This document shows, in pieces, positions 54,291-64,000 of a stretch of DNA of 64,000 bases. Location: positions 224,006,001 to 224,070,000 of the forward strand of contig OZ024743.1 in NCBI GenBank assembly GCA_964016885.1, in the 5' to 3' direction. Below the pieces are notes generated by a model. That model did not search any database, had not been told where the DNA came from, and saw only the letters and a list, made by a program, of their open reading frames with translations. The translations under genes were made by a program, and so were the position numbers. How positions within the stretch are numbered: position 1 is the first letter of the stretch; each line of letters begins with the position of its first letter. This stretch comes from Eledone cirrhosa (lineage: Eukaryota).

Positions 54291-55264
54291 TACATACATA
54301 CATACATACATACATACATACATACATACATACATACATACATACATACATACATACATACATACATACATACATACATACATGATGTTGAGTTCACACA
54401 AGCGTTTCAACACCATATAAATTGCTGGAATGTTCTCATTAAAACGTCTACAAAATGCAAACATTATAGGCCTGGAACAAAATAGAAAATTATATAGTTA
54501 TGGAGGTCAGTTGAACTGCGATTTTGAACATTTCTTTCAAATCAGCGACGAAAAGAATAGTTATAGAGAAATGCTTCGAATCCTATAAGTTTCTAAAATC
54601 ATAATATATATTTCATTTGTATTTGTAGTTATTGATGCAGTTGCTTGTGTGACTAAATGTCAAAGGGCTGGTCTCAAAAAGATGAGGTTTCCATGGAAAG
54701 AAAGTAAGAAACTAATACACTATAATAAACTAATTTACACATAAAATCTGTAGATTTAACTCTAGAAATAAGCAAGAATTTAATAATTCAGCATTTGGCT
54801 TTTCACTTTTGTTGCTACTTAAATTCCACCGATTGAATTTTGTTAGGAATTATCTTATTTACACGAATAATACAAATAATTTCAACTTCACAACACAAGA
54901 ATTACAAGGGTATAAACACTTTTAAACACTATTATGCGTCAGTTGTAGATTGTTATAAAATATCTTGACTTGAATGGCTGATTTATCGATTTGTCTCAGA
55001 GAAAAACCCGAACAATTTGTTGTACAAAACGACAAAGATCCTGAAAACGCAAAATAAAAAGAATTTCATTTGAAATCACAACATGAAATTGTTTGACACG
55101 TTTAAAACATTTAAATGGCACCATGTTGCGCACAGTTGCAAACACTCACGTGCATACAGATGTACAACATATCCGCATCAGCAAACAATACACCAATATC
55201 GTATAAAATAGGAACGTATACCCAAACAACAAATATGAGAACACACACGCGTATACTGACATGA

Positions 55265-55349
55265 AGGTATCTCGGGCAAGCGCTTTCTGCTATAGCCCCG
55301 GGTTGGTCAATTACTAGTGAATTTGGTTGACGAAAATTTCAGAACCCCG

Positions 55350-55350
<1 letters not shown>
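55265..55350 (+). mobile_element. Fragment of another cephalopod-type SINE
   Basis: GGGCAAG.G..TTCTGCTATAGCCCCGGG...GTGAATTTGGTTGACGAAAA...AGAACCCCGT followed by (TA)n. Confidence 0.5.
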
Positions 55351-55418
<68 letters not shown>

Positions 55419-55516
55419 TACATATTACACACACACATACATACATACATACATACATACATACATACATACATACATACATACATACATACATACATAC
55501 ATACATACATACATAC

Positions 55517-55912
55517 ATGATTATTGGGGCACTGGGATTTGTTAGTAACTGCCTCAATACAAATCTTGAGAAGCTAGGCTTCACAGGAACAGAAAGAACA
55601 CAACTAGTTAGGAAATTACAAGTACAATCCATTAATGGAACAGTAAAAATATGTAAAACATTCCAAACATTTTGCATCTAATAACTGCATATACACATGT
55701 ACAGATACAAAGCGTATACACATGCACACATACAACTCAAAACATACACATCCACACATACAATAACATCCATATCTAAACATGCATGCATACATACATA
55801 TCTACCTAGTTGATGTTGTGTAAATTCCAATGAGAGAGTCTTGTGTCTATGTTAGAAACCGACTCTCTCTCTCTATTGGTAAAACTTTGTGAAATTATAA
55901 AACCAGAAGAAC
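55517..55912 (+). mobile_element. 5'-truncated RLE-type non-LTR retrotransposon (R4/Dong/NeSL-like C-terminus plus 3' UTR)
   Basis: 55517-55681 translates [21 protein letters not shown]...KLQVQSINGTVKICKTF*, like the C-terminus of restriction-like endonuclease LINEs. Confidence 0.65.
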
Positions 55913-55915
55913 ATC

Positions 55916-55953
<38 letters not shown>

Positions 55954-55974
55954 GAACACTGGAAGGTGTAACCA

Positions 55975-56054
<80 letters not shown>

Positions 56055-56175
56055 GGAGGTGAGTTTTATTGTAGCACAATAAAGCAATGCAAATATCGGA
56101 TAAGTAGCACTCTTCAGTTTGTAGGACTGGAGTATAAATAATATAAGATCAAAAGATGGTTAAAAGAGTTCCAAG

Positions 56176-56246
56176 TATTTTATTATGCGCATTTCAAAAA
56201 CAAATATCATCATGGGATAATATCTGCGTTCTCATCAGATAAAATA
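56176..56246 (-). ncRNA. Type I hammerhead ribozyme motif
   Basis: Minus strand TATTTTAT-CTGATGA-GAACGCAGATA...TATTTGTTTTT-GAAA-TGCGCA-TA-ATAAAATA. Confidence 0.82.
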
Positions 56247-56374
56247 GGAAGACATGATATGAAGCTTAAAAAACACTTGTGAATAGTGAAGTTTTAAATC
56301 AATATATATGTTGATATGTTGATTTAAAACTTCACTATTCACAAGTGTTTTTTAAGCTTTATATCATGTCGCCC

Positions 56375-56445
56375 TATTTTATCTGATGAGAACGCAGATA
56401 TCATCCCATGATGATATTTGTTTTTGAAATGCGCATAATAAAATA
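56375..56445 (+). ncRNA. Type I hammerhead ribozyme motif
   Basis: 8-bp stem I, CTGATGA, stem II GCAGATATCATC/GATGATATTTGT, GAAA, palindromic TGCGCA, then TA. Confidence 0.85.
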
Positions 56446-56590
56446 CTTGGAACTCTTTTAACCATCTTTTGATCTTACATTATATACTAGACATGAAAAA
56501 TGCGCAAGCTCAAAAGTGCCACAGAATGTTATAATAAACCTTCAAAAGTGTGGGACTAGAGTTGTTGCTAAAAAATATTGTAATCATTAT

Positions 56591-56770
56591 ATTGGCAGTA
56601 TCGGTAGAGAGTCGGACGCCATGCTTTGACGCATAGTTACGGCCCTTGCCATTCTGAGTTCAAATCCCGCCGAGGTTAACTTTGCCTTTCATCCTTACGG
56701 GGTCGATAAAATAAAGTACCAGTAATGCACTGGGTAATTACTGGCCTTGTGCCAAAAGTAGAAACAATTA
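56591..56770 (+). mobile_element. tRNA-derived SINE inserted in the left foldback arm
   Basis: B-box GAGTTCAAATCCC. Absent from the right arm. Short ATTATAT duplication. Confidence 0.85.
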
Positions 56771-56917
56771 TATATCGTACATTCTGTGGCATCCTTTATA
56801 AAAATAGCTTAAACCAACGAAGCCTTTATTTTTACGCTATTTCACTTAGTTAATTCTTAGAGTGTAACATATAAAAATATGATTTACAACTATAAAATAA
56901 ATTAATTAATATAATAA

Positions 56918-57005
56918 CAGAGCTGCGGAGCTGAAATTTAGGAAATAATGGAGTATCGGATCCTGAGTTGGAGCCTGTCAATTTTTGGCCGACTCCGCAG
57001 CCCTG
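56918..57005. mobile_element. 88-bp hAT-type MITE
   Basis: TIRs CAGAGCTGCGGAG / CTCCGCAGCCCTG. 8-bp TSD TATAATAA / TATAATAC. Confidence 0.7.
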
Positions 57006-58174
57006 TATAATACATTTCATATTAAAGTTATTAATAAACCTATTTTACACTGCATGCAAATTACCATGAGATATTGATATTAGATATAAGATACAGCGCA
57101 ATATCTACAGCTGTAAAAGTACGAAAGCGAAGTAATAATAAGTGGCTTAAGGTAATTCCAATATGAAAGTTTGTAGTGATAAAAATTTGATAATGCAATA
57201 CGATTGTTAATATTATAGTTCTATGAAAATGTAACAATAGATAACTAAATTATTTTACTATTAGTATATTTAAGAAATTATCATTATAGATTTGATCGTT
57301 CATATAAGCATCATATTAATTTTCAACACAATTATTTTGTTACTATGAGTATATGATAATAATATTACGTAATTATTTATAGCTGTTATTACATTAAACA
57401 TAGATGTATTTATTTTTATATGTTACACTCTAAGAATTAACTAAGTGAAATAGCGTAAAAATAAAGGCTTCGTTGGTTTAAGCTATTTTTATAAAGGATG
57501 CCACAGAATGTACGATATATAATGATTACAATATTTTTTAGCAACAACTCTAGTCCCACACTTTTGAAGGTTTATTATAACATTCTGTGGCACTTTTGAG
57601 CTTGCGCATTTTTCATGTCTAGTTTAATATTTTTTTAAGGCAACGCTTGTAATAACTCTAGTTAAACAGGATATATATTAATAATAAATTATCGTTGTAA
57701 TGTAATTAGATTATGTAATTGTTATTATAAATTATCTTATAAATATTAGTGTAAGATGTATAAAAATATTTTCAGACTTTTAATATAAACAACTACAAAA
57801 AACAATCAATATTAAATCAATATACATAATAGAAAACATAAAATAAACAATACAAAAACAAAATATTTACATACAATTGCAATTATCAGTGTATATACAT
57901 TTTCTTTATATTCCCTGAGCAAATTAATAAGATTTGTTTTTATTGTACATAATTTGATGACTTGTTGGAGTGTATTAAAAGATAGCAACAATTTGTGATT
58001 AAATTGTTATCTTAAGCAACTCACTTTTTAATAGTTGTTGGCTGAGCGAAATTGTAAAAGCCTATGAGCAAATATAAAAAAAAATACACAAACAACATTT
58101 CCTTGTGTTATTACAACATTAGATAAAATAATTGAGCAATGTCGTTATATTTTGCTCTTATTGCACATTAATAG

Positions 58175-58340
58175 TGTTTTTATTTTTCGGCACAAATCCA
58201 TTACGGCAGTCCATTACTGGTACTTTATTTTATCGAATTAGTAAGTATGAAAGTCGAAGTTAACCTCGGCAGGATTTGAACTTAGAATGCAAAGGACCAT
58301 AACAATACTGCAAAGCATGGTGTCTGACGCTCTACCAATA
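58175..58340 (-). mobile_element. Diverged copy of the abundant SINE
   Basis: CATTACTGGTACTTTATTTTATCGA...GTTAACCTCGGCAGGATTTGAACT. Confidence 0.75.
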
Positions 58341-58807
58341 CTTGTGTTGAGCTGGTCATTAATTTATGGTGGTCGTGCGTGGAGTAGAGCAATCGCTAGT
58401 TGAAATATTATGAACAAAACATTATTATTTGCCGAAGAACATATTTTCAATACTGTTTGTGAATGTGACGAAGGAAATACATTCTGATATGGAACAGTGT
58501 ACAAAGTGTGTCTGTGAATAACATAATGTTACCTCATGTTGTTGTCAAGACATAATGGATTTCGTATATCCAGTTAGAAGATGAAACCTAGCCATCCCGG
58601 ATTAGTTATATTTCATGCCATGTGTAAACGTGTTTGAGGATAGCAAAATATGCGTGTTTCTTGTCTGGAAACTTTCTGCTAAACTGATTGGTTTCGTTTT
58701 TGGCACTATACAATACTCATCCAACAGATAGCTGTATTGGATCCTTGATTGGTTAATATTTAGGTGAGGGTGCTTGATGCAGAGTTAGTGCAAAATGGAT
58801 CAATGTG

Positions 58808-59460
58808 TAATAATAATAATGATAATAATAATGAAAATATTGTGTACAATGCTGAGGTGCACTACAACTCATCAAAAGTGCATATATAATACATAGGGTA
58901 ATATAAAAACGTCATGAAAAAAGAACAGTGCATGAGTCATGATATACACATATGTGCATGTGTATGGAAGGGGGACATCAGGTGTAGTTTTGGTGTATTT
59001 CGGAATGTATGATGGTTTTAAAGGATGCAGTGTGTCATCAGCTAACAACTGATGCAGGAAGTTTGTTCCATCCTTCAGCAACTCTGAGCATGAAGAAATA
59101 TTTCCTAAAGTCATGGGAGCTGTGTTGTTTTCTGACTTTGTAGGCATGTCCACGTGTTAGACACATGGAGATCAAAAAGGTGTTCGGGGTTGTTGTTGGT
59201 CGGATGGTTAATAACTTTGTGGGTGTTTACCAAGTCCATTGCCAGAGGGAAGCAAAATATTCAGGGTATGGTAGGTGTCTGATGGAGGGTATGCGCTTGG
59301 TTGCATGTCTCTGAACAGTTTCCAGGAGGTCAATGTTCTGAGCAAGATAGGGGTTCCAGACTGATGACGCGAACTCCAAGTGTATTCGTACCATAGATGT
59401 ATACAGCTTTAAATAGATGGCTGGAGAGCAGCTAATGAAGGTCTTGCTGATTGATGCCAA
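58808..59460 (-). mobile_element. 5'-truncated CR1/L2-group LINE 3' end with (TTA)n tail
   Basis: LYTSMVRIHLEFASSVWNPY..NIDLLETVQRHATKRI is the post-RT region of CR1/L2/Jockey-group LINEs. (TAA)n at 58808-58832. Confidence 0.85.
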
Positions 59461-59672
59461 GTCAATCTTAATAAATTGACTGATTTATCTGTTCACTACT
59501 GCTAATCCACCGCTGTTTGTACAATTTTTTAGATAATGTCAATTTGAGCTTGAATCATTGGCGTAATGAAATTTGAAAAGATTATAAGCAAATCTTTTTT
59601 AAAATACACAGACAACATTTAACTGTATCGTTGCAACATTAGATCTAATAATGGAGCAACATTTGTGCAGAA

Positions 59673-59960
59673 TTATTGTTTGTGCAATAAGATATTTGCA
59701 GATCTGTACTTGGTCTGCTCTTTAGCCAACTCGGTACGTTTAGAAGCTCTACGCTCGGCTTGCTTTTGAGATATAATAGCTGAATTTGCAGATCTATACT
59801 TGGCCTGCTTGTTTGCCAACTCATACCGTTTTGAACATCTATACTTGGCCTGTTTTTGTGTTAATTTAGCAAAATTCACAGCTCTATAATCGGCCTGTTT
59901 TTGTCTCAACTTCTCCCGATTCCGCATCCGGTAAGCTGCTTTCACATCCAATTTAATACG
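59673..59960 (-). pseudogene. Coding-like 15-aa (45-bp) basic repeat, possibly a Helitron RepHel N-terminal repeat region
   Basis: QKQADYRAVNFAKLT / QKQAKYRCSKRYELA / NKQAKYRSANSAIIS / QKQAERRASKRTELA / KEQTKYRSAN. Confidence 0.45.
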
Positions 59961-60167
59961 CCCATCTAGATTATTAGCACAGGAATGTGAACAAGCTTGT
60001 GGGACCGCATCATTGTAAGTATATGAACTGCCTGCAACATCAAGACCCAATTCACAAGTGCAGCGTTGCTCATTCACATCGGCAGTGGGGACACCAAAAT
60101 CAGTGACAGGTCTCGATTCACTCGCGAGATACATCACAGCTACACTATATATATTTAAACATATATA

Positions 60168-60300
60168 CAGTGATACCTCGCTACTTGGCGGTTCAACTAT
60201 CGCGGATTCACGATTTCGCGCATTTTTAGAATATATATATGAACACCTAAAATTTTTCATTAAATCCATTAAAATATTAATAATAAACACAGTTCTAATG
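60168..60300 (+). mobile_element. Tigger/pogo-like DNA transposon end
   Basis: TA|CAGTGATACCTCGCTACTTGGCGGTTCAACTATCGCGGATTCACG. No second TIR found. Confidence 0.55.
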
Positions 60301-60416
60301 ATACGCTATATATATATATATATAAATATAAGTAATTAATACCGTATAAATGGTACAAAGACTGTTTATGTAAAATGTATTTCTCAACAGAGTATTGAAT
60401 ACTTAGGAGAAATTCA

Positions 60417-60629
60417 AAACGAAGAGTGATAAAATTTCAAGCAAAGAGTTTAATTAGGTAATGACTTACAAATTTGTTTCAGTATATAGACAAAGCCTGA
60501 AGCGCTAATTATAATAATTAGTTAATAATATTACAAAATATATTAATATTATATTAAATATATACTGAAACAAATTTGTAAGTCATTACCTAATTAAACT
60601 CTTTGCTTGAAATGTTATCATTCTTCGTT

Positions 60630-60630
<1 letters not shown>
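60417..60630. repeat. Inverted repeat with 72-bp arms carrying a hammerhead 3' half, next to (TA)n(GA)n
   Basis: 60417-60488 versus 60559-60630. Contains GAAA-CAAATTTG-TA. No CTGAnGA found. Confidence 0.8.
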
Positions 60631-60687
<57 letters not shown>

Positions 60688-61330
60688 TCTAGTCCTTCGC
60701 TCAAGATTAATCTATAAGTTTAGATGTCTGCCTTCGTTTAAGTAAATATTACAGTAAGATTTTTAATATAAACAACTACAAAAAACAATTAATATTAAAA
60801 CGAAAAAATTATCAATGATAAAAGAAGCGGATGCAACTTTTTTTTATAAAGTTATATTCCTATTTCTTTAAAGAACATTTCATTTTTGTTCTATTGTAGG
60901 CGAAATAATGCAATGGTTTAATAGGGAAGATATAACTTACCAATTATGTCTCTAACCGTGTAACGCTTTTTAAGTAGATAACTACAATTGAAAATACTAA
61001 AGAAATGGAACCAACAATTCAATTTGAAAGTCGTCTACTTATAGTGACAGTGTATTACTGGTACTTTATTTTATCGACCCCGTAACGATGAAAGGCAAAA
61101 ATGCAAATGCTTAAAATTTAAATTGCCTTAATTCTATCGTCTGCTGTTTCATTAAAGGGAGATTCTCGTCTGTATTTAATTCTATCGTCTACTGTTCCAC
61201 TAAACAGATATACCTCCACTATCGTCTCTATTTATACATTTTAACTTATAACTTATACACATTTGATTTGAAATATTTTATCTAGTCCCCCCTCTCAATA
61301 TTATGATGATTTCTTTCGAATGAAACAGTT

Positions 61331-61826
61331 CTAGTCATGTAGAAGCCATATTTTAATGTTCCGTTGCACCGTGAATATATGTGTCTATATATATATACAT
61401 ATATATTGTATATACACATTCATGAGTGTGTATACACATACATGAATGTGTATATACAATATATATGTATATATATATAGACACATATATTCACGGTGCA
61501 ACGGAACATTAAAATATAGATGCGGGAGGGGGGGTGTATATATAGGGGCGCTGGGGATAAAGGAGTGTAAAGCGTGTGTAATTGATATATTGAAGGAGAG
61601 GAGCGTGCAGCGATAGAGTAACAAATATATAGAGAGGGGGAGAGATGGTATTGAAGGGGAGGAGTGCAAAGCGAAAGAGTAAGAGAGATATATATAGAGA
61701 CGGAACAGATAGAGAGAAACAGGCGTAAGTAACAGTGGAAGAGATATATAGAGAGGCGGAAATGTGTTATTGAAGGGAAGGAGTGTAAAGCGAAAGCGTA
61801 AGATATATATAGAGAGAGGGGGAATA

Positions 61827-61864
<38 letters not shown>

Positions 61865-62012
61865 ACACTTACTCTGATTGGTTGAAAATTAGCCAATGAC
61901 ATACGATCACCACCACCACGGCTATCCCCGAAAAATTTATGAAGAAGTTAGGCATATATGTTAGAACACGAAAAGTGAACATTCTGTTGTTTCACACTTT
62001 TCGTGTTCTAAC

Positions 62013-62015
<3 letters not shown>
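61331..62015 (-). mobile_element. Probable non-autonomous Helitron-like element with a 170-bp palindrome and purine-rich internal repeats
   Basis: Minus-strand 5' A|TCTGTTAG and 3' CTAG. Palindrome at 61348-61517. Inverted repeat TGTTAGAACACGAAAAGTG at 61959-62013. Confidence 0.5.
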
Positions 62016-62052
<37 letters not shown>

Positions 62053-62059
62053 ATATATA

Positions 62060-62123
<64 letters not shown>

Positions 62124-62130
<7 letters not shown>

Positions 62131-62248
62131 AGATTCAGGACCCCGACGGCTGGGGCTCCGGCTGTTTTGACAGCTAGATCCGAACTAGTTTGGATCTAGC
62201 TGTCGAAACGGCCGGACCTCAGCCATCGGGGTCCTGAATCTTTTCATA
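62124..62248. repeat. GC-rich imperfect palindrome, about 60-bp arms, directly after (TA)n
   Basis: TATGAAAAGATTCAGGACCCCGA...TCGGGGTCCTGAATCTTTTCATA. Confidence 0.9.
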
Positions 62249-62320
62249 CTACCAGCTCTACTACCCCAAGTATCGAGTACTCTGGTGGGTTATGATCCAC
62301 TTGGTATCTTACCACACCCT

Positions 62321-62418
<98 letters not shown>

Positions 62419-62419
<1 letters not shown>

Positions 62420-62839
62420 CTAATTTATTTGAGTATTGTTATTATTGTTCTGATTTAATGCCACTACTATATATAGAAGCCATGCCTGTGTATATCCTTC
62501 ATTCTCGCATGCTCTGATGAATAGACTGGTTATAACAAAGTATTGGTGATCGATTGACGCAAAAACAGGCGGGTAGCGATCTCTAGACCTACCAGTTCAG
62601 AGAAACAATTGTCAGCAATGTGAATAAAGCCCTTATTGTATAACAAACCATGTCACTCTTCTTTCTTGCTTTATTATTACTCCAAGTGTAAAATACATAG
62701 AAATCACCGCGTACTCGCAGCATCACTATGGAAACGTCTTGTTGAGTCAAACTTAGCCAAGCGTTAATACTATGCACTACTCGGAGTACCCTAACTGGAC
62801 TACATCTAAGTGGGCTACCTATAACAATAATTTGTTATC

Positions 62840-62843
<4 letters not shown>
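62419..62843 (+). mobile_element. About 425-bp non-coding hammerhead-bearing unit between two (TA)n tracts
   Basis: Sharp (TA)n boundaries and an internal hammerhead. Confidence 0.6.
62510..62617 (+). ncRNA. Type I hammerhead motif with long stem II insert (GUC site)
   Basis: TGCT-CTGATGA-[about 81 nt, ACTGGT/ACCAGT near the base]-GAAA-CAATTG-TC-AGCA. Confidence 0.65.
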
Positions 62844-62887
<44 letters not shown>

Positions 62888-62890
<3 letters not shown>

Positions 62891-63981
62891 TAGATAACAG
62901 TCAGGAGTTAGAGAAAAACACAATGGAAAACATCCAGTAAATAGCTAACTCCATCCACCAGAGTATTAGAGTTACTATAGACTACCCAAGCAAACACCCC
63001 AACCATCGATTACCTGTACTAGACACAGAGCTCTGGTTAGATACCATCAATAACAAAAAACAAATCCTCCATTCCCATTATGCCAAACCCATGACTTCCA
63101 AATACCTGATCCACCGAAACTCAGCTGTTTCGGACCATACCAAAATCAACATACTGATTGCGGATTTGGTACGGGTGATGAGAAACGTGTCCCGCATGTG
63201 CAATCCTGAAGAACTAGAGAGACACATACAACACTTCATCCACCGTATGCAGTTCTCTGGTTACAATCAGAGAGATAAAATCAGAGTATATAGAGGAGCC
63301 AGAACCAAATGGGAAAAAATGGGAAATAACGACACTAATGGGACCTGCCCCTTGTATAGGAGCAAATTTTGGAATAGAATAGAAATAACTAGGAATAAGG
63401 CTAATAGAATAAACTCATGGTATGATAGCAATAAATACCAGAGTGTAATGTTCATCAATACAACCCCTAGACGTGAATTAGCTTACAAATTCAGAAGGGC
63501 CCTAGATAAACATAAACTCAATATTAAGATAGTAGAAAGACCAGGTACCTCCATAAAAACACTTATTAGCAATACATACCCTTTTCAAAGACCTCCCTGT
63601 ATAGATAAGAAATGTATAATCTGTAAACTAAGCCCCCATATTAACTGTAAAACTAGAAATGTAATATATAGCATAAGATGTACTGAAGGACAATGTAGAG
63701 ATAAAAATATAGTGTACATAGGTGAGACAGCTCGTAGTATAGGGGAACGGATAAATGAACACTGGCGAGACCTTCAAGATAGTAAAGAATCATTTGTACT
63801 CTACCAACATGCTAAAATAGAACATAAAGGTAAATTAGAGAACATAGAAATAAAAATAGAATCTACACACAGAAAAGACGCAATGTTTAGACAAATCACA
63901 GAGGCAATAAACATAAATGAACTCCAACCAAAATTAAATAGAAAACATGAATGGAACAGCAACATCACAACTTACAATTAA
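62888..63981 (+). pseudogene. Penelope-like element ORF 3' half (RT thumb, Cys-rich linker, GIY-YIG endonuclease), 5'-truncated at (TA)n
   Basis: Frame is open from 62941 (IANSIHQSIRVTIDYPSKHPNHRLPVLD). Contains CIDKKCIIC and NVIYSIRC...YIGETARSIGERINEH...RQITEAINI..LN. In-frame TAA at 62938. Confidence 0.9.
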
Positions 63982-64000
63982 GGACAAAATGAAAACACAC

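Larger units (their letters stand above)
56138..56483. repeat. Near-perfect palindrome, about 170-bp arms and about 6-bp loop, one hammerhead in each arm
   Basis: 56138-56307 is the reverse complement of 56314-56483 with few mismatches. Confidence 0.92.
56486..57623. mobile_element. Foldback-like element or inverted duplication with about 213-bp arms starting ACTAGACATGAAAAATGCGC
   Basis: 56486-56879 minus the SINE is the reverse complement of 57411-57623, essentially identical. Confidence 0.8.

Noticed and set aside
56060-56125. Minus-strand CTGAAGAG candidate hammerhead
   Set aside because: No properly placed GAAA...UH downstream.
58340-58790. Possible decayed coding sequence on the minus strand
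   Set aside because: No motif I could identify with confidence.

Overview
Eukaryotic, repeat-saturated DNA with no recognisable host gene. The SINE families resemble ones I recall from Octopus/cephalopod genomes (inference, not searched). Bases 1-34340 are one 33-bp GT-rich satellite with multi-kb higher-order duplications. Its huge ORFs are artefacts of a stop-poor triplet repeat. Bases 34340-64000 are nested mobile DNA: a full-length but decayed CsRn1/Kabuki-type Ty3/Gypsy element (4-bp TSD, TG...AA LTR ends), a Helitron helicase fragment, non-autonomous Helitrons, SINEs, LINE tails, mariner/hAT/Tigger pieces and two Penelope-like (PLE) coding remnants. The most striking signal is at least 9 type I hammerhead ribozyme motifs in about 26 kb. 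They belong to several unrelated short non-coding units, most of which sit at (TA)n tracts. Many carry inverted terminal copies, and two show circularly permuted or terminally redundant ends, consistent with PLE-dependent retrozyme-like elements. All coordinates were read by eye and may be off by a few bases.
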